64,000 bases of DNA from Bdellovibrionota bacterium (GCA_041740355.1 JBGSMD010000009.1:66864-130863), one strand, 5' to 3'; shown: positions 9,960-20,054, counted from the first letter of the stretch. The notes: generated from the letters alone by a model not told the origin. Translations and numbers: made by a program.

Positions 9960-10362
9960 GTTAAGCGATAAGCGGAGTTTTGTAATTATGTAGTCATTTA
10001 TCTGGGAACTTTGTCACCAAAGCCCTCAAGCGACTTACCTGAGTTTGATTGTTTCCAATCAGTGCGAGCAACACATAATACTCAATTTAGTCTTGCATCA
10101 GCTAGGGTTTACCAAGCCAAAGAGTTACCCCTTTGCTGGTGAGCTCTTACCTCACCGTTTCACCCTTACTCTCCCCTTTTGGGACGCCGAAGAGAATGCA
10201 TTGTATTAGCATTATCTAGTGCGTCTCAAAAGGGGAGAGCGGTTTAATTTCTGTGGCACTTTCCCCAAGTCACCTTGAGCTGCCGTTAGCAGCTAGCTTG
10301 CTCTATGAAGCTCCGACTTTCCTCAGTAATAATTAAATTACTGCGACTACTTGCTTAACTCT
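9956..10362 (-). ncRNA. rnpB: RNase P RNA (bacterial type A)
   Basis: The minus strand contains GAGGAAAGTCGGAGCTTCATAG (the P4 5' strand consensus GAGGAAAGUCCGGGCUCCAUAG). It contains GTAAGGGTGAAACGGTGAGGTAAGAGCTCACC (consensus UAAGGGUGAAAGGGUGCGGUAAGAGCGCACC). The 3' ACAAAACTCCGCTTATCG matches consensus ACAGAACCCGGCUUAUCG, with compensatory GGAG/CUCC changes in P4. The P1 ends gagttaagc/gcttaactc pair. A terminator hairpin follows the 3' end. Confidence 0.85.
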
Positions 10363-10454
10363 AATTGAATTATATCTAATAAAAAATTAATAAGCAAAGA
10401 TGCAATTAGCTATGGTTTCTTAATTACTAACTAAAGATCTTAGTTGATTATTAA

Positions 10455-11279
10455 CTAACGAATTAAATAATTATTGGTATTATTAATAAATTTCAAATTA
10501 TTACTTTCGTAATTAGTTGATTTTATAGATTTAATAGCAACCTTATTTTTTTTGAATTTTGTCTTTAGAATTTTGGTCTTTTTAAGTTGTGCTTTTTTAA
10601 AGAAAATACCAACTTTATTATCTTCAAAAAGTGCAGATTCAATCTTAATTCTTGCAACCTTATTTTTTACACCTGCCTTGTCAATTACGACACCTTGAAT
10701 ATTGTCCCTAAAAGTTGTTTTACCCTCAATTATCAAATCATTATTTCCAGTAAGACTATAATGATGTATTCCGATTTCATTATTATTAAATATAACGTTA
10801 TCAAAAACAAACCCAGCGACACTTCGCCCAACACCACTGGTTAAATATTCAAGCTTTGCACCAATTTTAGAATTATGAACTATACTATCAGCTACAAAAA
10901 TACTTCCTTCGGAAAATATGGCATAGTCCGATCCACTGGCCTGAATATCTAGTTCATCCAAGAATGTCCCTACACCATTAGCATTTGAAATTGAGCCCAG
11001 TATCTTACTAAGTAAAACTCCATTACCATCAGTCGCACCTCTAATACTAACAGCTATAGCAGAGTTTACTATATAATCAAAAAATAAGTTTTCCTCATAA
11101 ATACCCGGCTGTAGTTGAATCTCTACCGTGTTTTGTTTATTTGCTTGATAGGCTTCATTGATACTTGCATACTCACAAGTGTCACAAACGCCAACATTGA
11201 TCACTTCCGAATATACGTTCGATGTTACAATGAAAACAGCAATTAATGCGATTAAGAATCTAATAAAGTTAGGTTTCAT
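10455..11279 (-). CDS. secreted protein with parallel beta-helix-like repeats, hypothetical
   Basis: N-terminal signal peptide. Repetitive NxIxxN/IGI segments (NVIFNNNEIGIHH). K-rich C-terminus. Confidence 0.45.
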   Translation of the reverse strand: MKPNFIRFLIALIAVFIVTSNVYSEVINVGVCDTCEYASINEAYQANKQNTVEIQLQPGIYEENLFFDYIVNSAIAVSIRGATDGNGVLLSKILGSISNANGVGTFLDELDIQASGSDYAIFSEGSIFVADSIVHNSKIGAKLEYLTSGVGRSVAGFVFDNVIFNNNEIGIHHYSLTGNNDLIIEGKTTFRDNIQGVVIDKAGVKNKVARIKIESALFEDNKVGIFFKKAQLKKTKILKTKFKKNKVAIKSIKSTNYESNNLKFINNTNNYLIR

Positions 11280-11523
11280 AGTTTTTTGTAATTAAAAATT
11301 TAACTTAATATTAATAACTAATAAAAGTGATATCCCCCTGATTAACAGGTTTATTATTGAAGGATCGCATAAGAATTGCTTCCCGATATTAAATATGTAT
11401 CGACAAGAAAATTGCTAACTTTACTTATAATTACTTCTAAGTGAGATTTTATCCATTTACGCAAAATTATTTGCAAACTCCAACTCAATCTAGCAGCTAA
11501 ATCCTACATCAAGTAAGAGATAT

Positions 11524-13086
11524 TTAGCATTTATTAAAATCTAGAATGAAAATCCTTCTTATCTTCCCTATTTTTTCTTGACCATCCCAATTATGGCCAT
11601 AATACTTTCTCACTCGACATTCAGATTTTGGTGTCAGGCCATTAATATAATCTTGAGAAGTAGAAACTAAGTAAACTTTTCCAACAGAAGATTTAATGGT
11701 CGTTTCTACTTCCTGTAATGAACATGATTTTACAGCAATTTGATCCAGCATTCCCAAATAAAGTTTCTCCCGAAAGGGCAATGAACGCAATGATTTGCTG
11801 TTAAAATCCAAGCAATAAAAAATTAATCTTGCCTGATTATTTTGAATTTCTTCCTTAATCTTTCTAACTGCATGCTCAAGCTCAATCACTTCCTTACTCT
11901 GAAAGATCATTTTTGCTGTTATGAATTGATGTCGAACAATCATCCCTGATATTGATAATAAGAAGATCAAACTAATACTTGCAACAATATATGACTTTTG
12001 GATTATTGAACTTTTCGCAAAGCGATATAAGTCAACCAATAACAACGCTGTTAAGATCGCAATTGCCGGAACGATTGGAGCAATGTACCAATAAAGTCGT
12101 GATTGCAGAATGCTATAAAAAATTATTGGAAAGACTATCCAAACAGTTAGAAAAAGATGTCGGGTACTGCGAAACGCGTAAATTATTCCATATACAATAG
12201 TGATAATTAAAATATATGGTGGGAAATCACGTCCCCCAAAAAATAGTACTCTCAAATAATAGAAATAATGCTTAGAGTTATTATGTCCTTGACTAACTAA
12301 CTTCTCCCAAATCTCAAAATTTATTGTTGCGGTAAAGGTACTGGACTGAGAAAATAAAACCAATCCTATTCCAGCGCTAAATAAAACTGGTAGAATCACA
12401 CCATAAAAACAGACTGGGATAAAACATTTTTTATTAAACAGAACCTTTGGTCTGAAAAGTAGAAAAACTCCCCCAATTAAAGCTGGCAATAATCCTGCGA
12501 CACTTTTGGATAATATGGAAAAAAATAAACAAATACCAAATAATAATGAATATTGTTTAATTTTAGAATTACTGGAAGCTGTTTCGAATACAATTCGTTC
12601 CATTTCCTCCCAAAGTTTCCAGCCACAAAAGAAAGTAAGAGTTGTAAAGAAAATCAGAACTCCATCAGTTACCGTCTCTCGAATTACATGCGAAGCAAAA
12701 ATTAATTTACATGAGAAGATGACTGCCAGGCTAATCAACGCAGTTCCTTTTGAACCGGTAATTGCTAAAGACAAAAAATAAACTGTTATTAAGAATAAAA
12801 ATCCAGCGATGGCACTCGGCAATCGATATGCGAAAACAGTTTCTCCCAGAATGTGGGTAGAAGCGTAAAACAAGTAGTGTACAAAAGGAGGTTTGTGCAG
12901 GAAGTGATTCCCGTTCAAAGTTGGAATCCAAGAATCGTTGATACGCATCTCTTGGACACTCCGAACATAAATACTTTCATCTGCCTTACTAAAAGAGTAA
13001 CTCCCTAAATTAAAAAAACAAAAATATAAACATACGAGTAAAATCACAGAAATGCTGAGATGTTCTACGAATCTACTGTATTTCAT
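11524..13086 (-). CDS. GT-C fold membrane glycosyltransferase, ArnT/PMT (GT39/GT83)-like
   Basis: About 12 predicted TM segments. Early-loop acidic motif FSKADESIYVRSVQEM resembles the DE motif of ArnT/PMT enzymes. Large C-terminal soluble domain. Confidence 0.65.
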   Translation of the reverse strand: MKYSRFVEHLSISVILLVCLYFCFFNLGSYSFSKADESIYVRSVQEMRINDSWIPTLNGNHFLHKPPFVHYLFYASTHILGETVFAYRLPSAIAGFLFLITVYFLSLAITGSKGTALISLAVIFSCKLIFASHVIRETVTDGVLIFFTTLTFFCGWKLWEEMERIVFETASSNSKIKQYSLLFGICLFFSILSKSVAGLLPALIGGVFLLFRPKVLFNKKCFIPVCFYGVILPVLFSAGIGLVLFSQSSTFTATINFEIWEKLVSQGHNNSKHYFYYLRVLFFGGRDFPPYILIITIVYGIIYAFRSTRHLFLTVWIVFPIIFYSILQSRLYWYIAPIVPAIAILTALLLVDLYRFAKSSIIQKSYIVASISLIFLLSISGMIVRHQFITAKMIFQSKEVIELEHAVRKIKEEIQNNQARLIFYCLDFNSKSLRSLPFREKLYLGMLDQIAVKSCSLQEVETTIKSSVGKVYLVSTSQDYINGLTPKSECRVRKYYGHNWDGQEKIGKIRRIFILDFNKC

Positions 13087-13140
13087 AATTGATAAAAATT
13101 AGTTCGACGCATCTAGGTCCCAGATACGCTTAATGCAGAA

Positions 13141-13866
13141 CTATTCAGATTTTTCTTCTGGACTCAAAATCCTTCCGCAACTTGGGCAAGTTAACAATTC
13201 TGTACCACGTGTAACTTGTACAAAGATTTGAGGACTTAATGAGAAATAACAACCAGTACAAGACTTGCCACTTAGTGTAACGACAGCCTGTCCTGGATAA
13301 CGAGCTGAAATTCTTTTATAGAAATTCATATCCTTGGGAGTGATTGCCTTACTAAGGCCAGCATGCTGATCTTGTAATTCATTAAGCTTATGATCTAAAT
13401 GAACAAAAGCTTCTGTTAGCTCTGTTTGTAATGTGGAAACAGACGAAGTTAAGGCTTCCGAATCTAGTTCGAGAGTACCCTTTTTGGTCGAAATATTATC
13501 AATACTATCTAAGGTTTCTAGGAGCTTCTCTTCTTGTAGCTGTAACTGCTTATTAGCCTGATCAATCTCTTTGTTAGCTTTTTCTTGAAGTTTATAATCA
13601 TTAAGTGTCTGAATTGAGCGGCGTCTAGCAACTAACTTTTGTTGCTCTTCTTTCAGGTAGGCTTCTTGCGTTTGAGTTAAACGTTGTTTTTTTTGAAGCT
13701 CTTCATTTAATTGTTCTAATTGTTGCTGAACAGCTAAAAGTTTGGAATTTTTTTTAGTTAATTCTTCGTTTAATTTATTTTTTTCAGCAAGGGTTTGATT
13801 TAATTGTAAATCAATTTTGCTTAAAGCACGAAAGTTAAGCAGTAATTCTTTAGTTGATTCTGACAT
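13141..13866 (-). CDS. coiled-coil protein with C-terminal C4 zinc ribbon (COG1579-like)
   Basis: Long heptad-rich N-terminus. C-terminal CTGCYFSL...CPSCGRIL zinc ribbon. Confidence 0.65.
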   Translation of the reverse strand: MSESTKELLLNFRALSKIDLQLNQTLAEKNKLNEELTKKNSKLLAVQQQLEQLNEELQKKQRLTQTQEAYLKEEQQKLVARRRSIQTLNDYKLQEKANKEIDQANKQLQLQEEKLLETLDSIDNISTKKGTLELDSEALTSSVSTLQTELTEAFVHLDHKLNELQDQHAGLSKAITPKDMNFYKRISARYPGQAVVTLSGKSCTGCYFSLSPQIFVQVTRGTELLTCPSCGRILSPEEKSE

Positions 13867-13943
13867 AACATTAGTCTAGTCCAATCTAAAAATTTTGCAA
13901 TAGTTGAAGCTATTTTTTAATAAACTATCAATACATAACTTAA

Positions 13944-14474
13944 CTAATTAGCTTTTAGTAGAAATACCCGATGGTCTACATAATGGTCATATAACCACTC
14001 GGCATTGGGGATTAGCTCACCTTTTACGAATCCAAGTCTTTCTGGGATAGCTTGGCTTTTTAGATTGCCTTCGGCACAATTAATTTGGATCCTATTTAAT
14101 TTATACTCATTAAAAGCATGTGCAATAAGTGACTCACAACTTGTAGTCATAATTCCCTTCCCTTGATAATTCTCTGCTAGCCAGTAACCAAAATGTGCGA
14201 CTTTATGTTGCCAATCAATACTATTATAACCAATTACCCCACAAATTTTATCTTGAAACCAGATTCCACTAACAAAACAACCCGTTTCAACATAAGCAAT
14301 TAAGGTTTGTTGAATAAAATCTTTAGTATGTTGTTCAATCGTAACTCCATCCAACCATGGCAACCAAGTTTTAAGGTATGCCCTATTCTGATTAGTTAAT
14401 ATGAAGAGCTCCTGAGCATGTCGATTATCTAAGACTTTAAGGGTTATTTGGGGGTTAACAATTAATGGAAACAT
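13944..14474 (-). CDS. GNAT family N-acetyltransferase (RimJ/RimL-like)
   Basis: 176 aa. GNAT core (QGKGIMTTSCESLIAHAF). Confidence 0.65.
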   Translation of the reverse strand: MFPLIVNPQITLKVLDNRHAQELFILTNQNRAYLKTWLPWLDGVTIEQHTKDFIQQTLIAYVETGCFVSGIWFQDKICGVIGYNSIDWQHKVAHFGYWLAENYQGKGIMTTSCESLIAHAFNEYKLNRIQINCAEGNLKSQAIPERLGFVKGELIPNAEWLYDHYVDHRVFLLKAN

Positions 14475-14559
14475 TACTCAAAGTATTAAATATTTTGTTA
14501 AATTACTAAAGGCCAATAATTTACAATCACATACATCTATCATATAACTGTAAATCTAA

Positions 14560-14633
14560 GGCTCCATAGCTCAGTTGGTTAGAGCAGCCGGCTCATAACC
14601 GGTTGGTCCTGTGTTCAAGTCACAGTGGAGCCA
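14560..14633 (+). tRNA. tRNA-Met (anticodon CAT)
   Basis: Cloverleaf folded by hand. Acceptor ggctcca/tggagcc, anticodon loop cuCAUaa, T-arm ctgtg-TTCAAGT-cacag. Discriminator A, no encoded CCA. Confidence 0.85.
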
Positions 14634-14654
14634 CTCTTAGCTTTAGCTAAGAGT

Positions 14655-14857
14655 GTGTAACTGGGACTTGAACCAATATCACGGCAAGTCACAAGACGAA
14701 CGAGCAAAGCGAGAGAGTCAGAGTGGAGCCACTCTCCCCTTTTGCAACGCCAGAGAAAATCTTTATGAACAGTATCATCTAGTGCGTCACAAAAGGGGAG
14801 AGTCGTGTAACTTGGACTTGAACCAATATCACGGCAAGTCACAAGACGAACGAGCAA
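14655..14857. repeat. 53-nt direct repeats (14655-14707 and 14805-14857, 1 mismatch) flanking a 20-nt copy of the tRNA-Met 3' end (14716-14735) and a copy of the rnpB P12 hairpin element (14732-14802)
   Basis: Read directly from the sequence. The ORFs predicted across this region (14615-14878, 14653-14874) are repeat artefacts. Confidence 0.85.
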
Positions 14858-14902
14858 CGCAACTGGGATTTTAAACAATTAACTCTAAATGAATTAGCTA
14901 AG

Positions 14903-15649
14903 TTAAACTTTTTTGAGTGCCGTATCTTGCGTTTCTATTAAGTACTCAAGACTATCTTGGCAATAAGTTTTAACATTAAGATCTAAATATTTAATCCATG
15001 TTGGATTAAAATCCCCTCGCATCCATGAATAGCAAGCAAGAGCGTATCCAAACATTTGCTCTGATAAATATCCGCTACTACTGTGTTGCCAGCCATTCTC
15101 ATGTTGCTGGAAAGAAAATGTTGAATTAGCATTAAAAATTCCCATTCCAAAAAAAACTTTTAATAAGTCTGTTAAATGCTCATGATCCGGTTCCTCTCTG
15201 GTTATTCTATTCTGACCGTGAAGATGCACATGACATAGTTCGTGTGAAATTGTTGCAATTGTTTTTATTAGATTACTTGTGTTTTTTTCATTTATCTCGA
15301 TTTGATACATATTACTTTTCATTTTTTTTTGAAAAGTACCACCAGGCGTATTATCCTTATGACTGATTTGTTTATGCAATGGATCAATTCCACTTAACAA
15401 TGAAACTTCTATTTCCTTAGGATTGACTTTCATATAGCTACAAATAATCGTAACCATATCCTTTACTGACTCCAACGTATTAATTAGAGGTAACGGGAAA
15501 AACTCTTTTGTTGGAATGATTGTCTTAGCGAGCAATGGCTCACGGCCAAATTCCTCTAAAAACCATAATAAGCTATCTTCTATCCATACTTTGTCTTCAA
15601 GAGAAATGTGTAATTTTGGCTTAGATGAAAAAAATGTCATAAGTTTCAA
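14903..15649 (-). CDS. hypothetical protein with HExxH motif (putative zinc-dependent hydrolase)
   Basis: ISHELCHVHLHG contains HELxH. No signal peptide is evident. Confidence 0.45.
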   Translation of the reverse strand: MKLMTFFSSKPKLHISLEDKVWIEDSLLWFLEEFGREPLLAKTIIPTKEFFPLPLINTLESVKDMVTIICSYMKVNPKEIEVSLLSGIDPLHKQISHKDNTPGGTFQKKMKSNMYQIEINEKNTSNLIKTIATISHELCHVHLHGQNRITREEPDHEHLTDLLKVFFGMGIFNANSTFSFQQHENGWQHSSSGYLSEQMFGYALACYSWMRGDFNPTWIKYLDLNVKTYCQDSLEYLIETQDTALKKV

Positions 15650-15764
15650 TTAATAGGCATTATAAGTAAACATAATGATTCATTCCTTGTCTAGTGTTTA
15701 ATTATGTGGGAACCTTACTCAAACTATTTTGCAATGCAGACACTGAACTGATGTCAAATTATCT

Positions 15765-16286
15765 ATGAAATACCTATTTGCTTTTTTTCTTCTTATCTTC
15801 ACATCCTGCTCTTCTCAAAAAATTGAAAGTTTCCAAGATAAAACTCCCAGATTAACCTTTGAGGATTTTTTTATAGGCAAAGTACAAGGTAGCGGAGTCT
15901 TCTTTGATCGTTTCTCTAATCTTCGCCGCAGCTTTGTTGTAGAGATGGAAGGTTCCGTAAACAGTGATATTTTAACTCTTAAAGAAGTTTTAAAATATGA
16001 TGATGGTGAAATAGTAAATAGAACATACGAAGTTACTAAATACTCTGATAATTTTTACAAAGCCACGGCCGATGGTGTCGTTGGTTTTGCAGAAATTCAT
16101 TCCTTCGGAAATGCTCTGCAATGGAAATACCTACTAAAGCAAAAGATAGGTAAATCTGAATGGACTCTAAGATTCGATGACTGGATGTATCTTCAGCCGA
16201 CAGGCGTTATCTTAAATCGAGCAAAAGTTACTAAATTTGGCCTTAACGTCGGAGAAGTGTTCATGTCAATTAAACGTATTGAATAA
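15765..16286 (+). CDS. hypothetical lipoprotein
   Basis: Signal peptide with lipobox LIFTSCSS. Confidence 0.5.
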   Translation: MKYLFAFFLLIFTSCSSQKIESFQDKTPRLTFEDFFIGKVQGSGVFFDRFSNLRRSFVVEMEGSVNSDILTLKEVLKYDDGEIVNRTYEVTKYSDNFYKATADGVVGFAEIHSFGNALQWKYLLKQKIGKSEWTLRFDDWMYLQPTGVILNRAKVTKFGLNVGEVFMSIKRIE

Positions 16287-16395
16287 TGCTTAAATCACTC
16301 TATAATCAAACTAAACTTTTGACAGAAATAGTCTTAATTCAGATTAGCTAAAAAAGACTTTCAGAGTTTTTTACCCTAAGTTTTTAAGTAAACTT

Positions 16396-16872
16396 ATGTT
16401 AACTAACGAACCTAATAAATTCAAACAAGAGAATTTTCCACCCATAATTGACTTCGAAGAAAGAGAGCATCTTCTACGAGAGGCGACAATTTATTTTGTT
16501 AATATCAAGTCAATCTTACAAGACTTAGATCACAGCAAAAATTACAAGAAAGAAACCCATGCTATTCAAAAAAAGAATCTAAGAAATACGCATATCAGAT
16601 CACTTCGTAAACTTTTTACTGAATTTTCTGATTTTGACTATATAATTAAAATCCAGGAAGGGAATATTCTCAATGCTCGTACTGAAATTTTATTTAAACA
16701 ATTACATCGAGTAGTTCTGCATTTTGAAAAAATGCCAACTCGTTATTTTAATTATCAAAAGGTTCTCCGTGAGCTATTAGATCCAATTTTAGAACATTTA
16801 AGGAATACAGGTACTCTCACTAGTGTGAACTTGAATGACGTGGAATTACCTAAGCGAGAGGAAGAAACTTAG
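16396..16872 (+). CDS. hypothetical protein
   Basis: ORF of 158 aa with no motif. Confidence 0.35.
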   Translation: MLTNEPNKFKQENFPPIIDFEEREHLLREATIYFVNIKSILQDLDHSKNYKKETHAIQKKNLRNTHIRSLRKLFTEFSDFDYIIKIQEGNILNARTEILFKQLHRVVLHFEKMPTRYFNYQKVLRELLDPILEHLRNTGTLTSVNLNDVELPKREEET

Positions 16873-16913
16873 CAGAGTGCTTTATTGCACTCTGCTAAGT
16901 TATGTTAATTAGC

Positions 16914-17678
16914 CTAGTTTTTTGACATTGTAATATTACCTTGAGCAATTAATGTCTCACCGATGTACGCGTTAATCACACCAGAAAATCCAGTGTAATT
17001 TGCATTAAAAGTAAAATAAAACTCTAAGTTATATGGAGTTCCATTAACACCGTTTACTGTAAACTGAACATTGTATTGATCCGTCATAGTTACTAGAATT
17101 TCTCCATGTTCTGGATGTGTGAACCCAATTTGTCCAGGAAGTTCTAAACCAGCAGTAGAAAATGAAAATGTGTATGCATTTGAACCAACTGCGTTAGCAA
17201 ATGTTTCATCAAAAACTAAATCTACATTTGAATTAACACCGACTTGGGTGACAACCATTGAAACTGTCCCTGAAATTGGGTCAAATGGTATAAAAGAAGC
17301 AGGTCCAGCATTATAAGCACCAGAATAATTTCCTGCTAACTGATTAAAAACTAACTCAGAAAGATTCCCTTGAGCACAGTCCGAAAGGCTAGCTAACGTT
17401 AGCTTCAATTCTTTTAAGATTGCTTTTAAACTTGCAATTTTATCCTGATCTTTTGGCTTAAGTTTATTCTCTACAACAATTGAAGCTTTAACCTTCGCAA
17501 TTGACTTTTGAAACTTTATCTTTCTTTTGCTAAATTTGATTAATTTATCAAAAAGATAAATATCCCCACCATTACGACATTCATAGCTACTACGTAGTGG
17601 AATAGTCTGGGCGGAAGCACTGCCGACGAAAGAAAGTAGTAAGATACTCAATAACAAAAACTTGGACATTAACTTCAT
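16914..17678 (-). CDS. secreted hypothetical protein
   Basis: Signal peptide (LLLSFVGSASA). No motif. Confidence 0.45.
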   Translation of the reverse strand: MKLMSKFLLLSILLLSFVGSASAQTIPLRSSYECRNGGDIYLFDKLIKFSKRKIKFQKSIAKVKASIVVENKLKPKDQDKIASLKAILKELKLTLASLSDCAQGNLSELVFNQLAGNYSGAYNAGPASFIPFDPISGTVSMVVTQVGVNSNVDLVFDETFANAVGSNAYTFSFSTAGLELPGQIGFTHPEHGEILVTMTDQYNVQFTVNGVNGTPYNLEFYFTFNANYTGFSGVINAYIGETLIAQGNITMSKN

Positions 17679-17836
17679 AAAACTCCTAAAAAAAGAATTG
17701 CATGAAAATAGCTGTTTTTAGGTGAACTATCAATATAATTCTTTAGTACAATCCACTGACTTCAAGTGGCTGAAAAATTGATATTTAATCGCAAAAAAGC
17801 TATTAACAGTCTAGTTTTTCTATTAATTCTAATCAT

Positions 17837-18946
17837 ATGGGCTTTTCTTGTGGTATTGTTGGACTTCCAAACGTTGGTAAATCAACCATCTTTAATGCTT
17901 TAACTTCGGCTAAGGCAGCCTCCGAAAACTTCCCTTTCTGTACAATTGAACCAAATACAGGGAAAGTTCCAGTCCCGGACGCTAGGCTACTAAAACTCTC
18001 TGAACTAGCTGGTTCCGCCAAGTTAATACCAACTCAAATGACCTTTGTGGATATTGCTGGCTTAATTAAAGGTGCAGCCAAAGGAGAAGGACTGGGTAAC
18101 CAGTTTCTAGGTCATATCCGTTCTGTTGATGCCATCATGCAAGTTGTTCGTTGTTTTGATGATCCAAATATAGTTCACGTTGATGGAACTGTAGATCCCC
18201 TTCGCGATATCAGCACAATTGAAACTGAATTAATCTTATCTGATTTAGAAGCACTGGAAAAACAAGTAATCCGAGTTGAAAAAAATGCTCGTGGTGGAGA
18301 CAAGGATGCCAAAAGCAAAGCTGAAAAACTTAAAGAACTAATTGAACATTTGAACCAAGGATTTTTAGCAAAAACATTTCCAGGAATCAATGAACCAGAT
18401 TTAATTTCTGAAGTTGGAAACTTACTAACAAACAAACCAGTGATGTATGTTGCTAATGTTCCTGAAAGCGAAGCAACAACTAAACCAAATCTTAGTGGCT
18501 CAACTCACCTAGATCGTTTAGCTGTTTATGCTACTGAACGGAATGCTGAAGTAGTAGTTATTTCTGGGAAAGTTGAATCTGAAATTTCGGAACTTCCCCT
18601 TGAAGAGCGCGCTGATTATTTAGAAGCGCTAGGCTTAGAAAGTTCTGGTTTAGATCGGCTTACTGTTGCAGGCTATCATTTACTTAACTTGATTACCTTC
18701 TTCACGATTGGGCCAAAGGAAGCTCATGCTTGGACAACAACGAAAAACTCTACTGCCCCACAAGCCGCTGGTAAAATTCACTCTGACTTTGAGAAAGGAT
18801 TTATTCGAGCAGAAGTTATCTCCTACGAAGACTATATCTTTGCAGGTTCGGAATTAAAAGTTAAAGAGAATGGCAAGCTTCGCGTTGAAGGTAAGGAATA
18901 TCTTGTGCAAGATGGCGACATCGTACATTTCAGATTTAATAACTAA
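17837..18946 (+). CDS. ychF: ribosome-binding ATPase YchF (Obg-family GTPase)
   Basis: G1 motif GIVGLPNVGKST, G4 NVAE-like, C-terminal TGS domain. Length 369 aa. Confidence 0.95.
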   Translation: MGFSCGIVGLPNVGKSTIFNALTSAKAASENFPFCTIEPNTGKVPVPDARLLKLSELAGSAKLIPTQMTFVDIAGLIKGAAKGEGLGNQFLGHIRSVDAIMQVVRCFDDPNIVHVDGTVDPLRDISTIETELILSDLEALEKQVIRVEKNARGGDKDAKSKAEKLKELIEHLNQGFLAKTFPGINEPDLISEVGNLLTNKPVMYVANVPESEATTKPNLSGSTHLDRLAVYATERNAEVVVISGKVESEISELPLEERADYLEALGLESSGLDRLTVAGYHLLNLITFFTIGPKEAHAWTTTKNSTAPQAAGKIHSDFEKGFIRAEVISYEDYIFAGSELKVKENGKLRVEGKEYLVQDGDIVHFRFNN

Positions 18947-19396
18947 AAGAATTGCCCTTGTTCGCTTCGGTACTAATATTACTTACTAAGGCTTTGCTTA
19001 AATGAACTAATAGCAAGGACTAGCTTGGATGATCACTCTTCCATTTAGCTAATGAGTTTACTTACAAAGCATAATTAATGGGACACTCGGTTCATTGCTT
19101 TAATAAAAAAAACTTTGCAATTATTGATCTTATCAAATGTTTATTTCTCTAATTTTAGGGCATTTTGATTGGCAATTTGGTACTTATTTCAACTTTTTTG
19201 ATGAAAATCATGTTTTTGGACAAGTCTATTAAATAAATATAAAATAAATAATTTGCTAATCCACTCATTTATAGTGGCCTAACATGTTAATTTTATTTAA
19301 TAAATTATTATTCCTTACTGATTAAAACTAACATTAAACTAATTTGAAGAAATTACCGATAGCCTAAAGACCTTAAATTATTTTATAATTTGATTT

Positions 19397-19978
19397 ATGA
19401 CTAAAAAAAAGCAAGCACTCAATAATAAATTAATCATCGCATCTGTATCAACGATCATTGCGTTTATGACTTTTTTCATAACAAAACAAGGGATTGAGAA
19501 TACGATACTTGGCGCATTCACCTTTAATTACGGTGATTTTACCTTTATTTTTCCAACAGCTGCTCTAACCTCAGTTCTTGCATCACTCTTTGTCTACATG
19601 ACACTCAAGAGTTTTTTATATGGTTTTACGAAGACTCAGCTAACGAATGGTACTACCCTAATTCCTAAAGATCTACAAATTGTCTGTCTTACTGTAATTA
19701 CGGCATATGCCGCTTTTAATATAGATAATGAGTTAATGAACCTCTCGGAAAACGGAGTAATCAATTTACCTGTTACTCATGACTTTGTTATTTTTATTCC
19801 AACAGTATTAGTTACAACTGTAGTTCTTACTTGGGTAGTGTTTACAATCTTGATGAATTTTTTATCAACAGTTTCTCAAGAAGCTGGTCGAAGACAAAGC
19901 GAAGCGCTACAGAGACTTGCCTCCCACAGCACTGCGATCACTTCCGAGCCTAAAGCACAGAAAACAGAAGAAGCCTAA
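19397..19978 (+). CDS. hypothetical membrane protein
   Basis: 3-4 TM segments, then a terminator hairpin. Confidence 0.45.
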   Translation: MTKKKQALNNKLIIASVSTIIAFMTFFITKQGIENTILGAFTFNYGDFTFIFPTAALTSVLASLFVYMTLKSFLYGFTKTQLTNGTTLIPKDLQIVCLTVITAYAAFNIDNELMNLSENGVINLPVTHDFVIFIPTVLVTTVVLTWVVFTILMNFLSTVSQEAGRRQSEALQRLASHSTAITSEPKAQKTEEA

Positions 19979-20008
19979 AGCCTCTTAGTTTTTTGTTAAG
20001 AAACTAAA

Positions 20009-20054
20009 TAAAGCCCCGTAGTAATTTTCGAAAGAAACATACTACGGGGCTTTA
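20009..20054 (+). terminator. rho-independent terminator
   Basis: aaagccccgtagta...tactacggggcttt, a perfect 14-bp stem. Confidence 0.7.

Noticed and set aside
14615-14878. ORF-track proteins at 14615-14878 (-) and 14653-14874 (+)
   Set aside because: They lie entirely within the 53-nt direct repeats and hairpin element downstream of tRNA-Met. Their repetitive peptides are an artefact of the DNA repeat.
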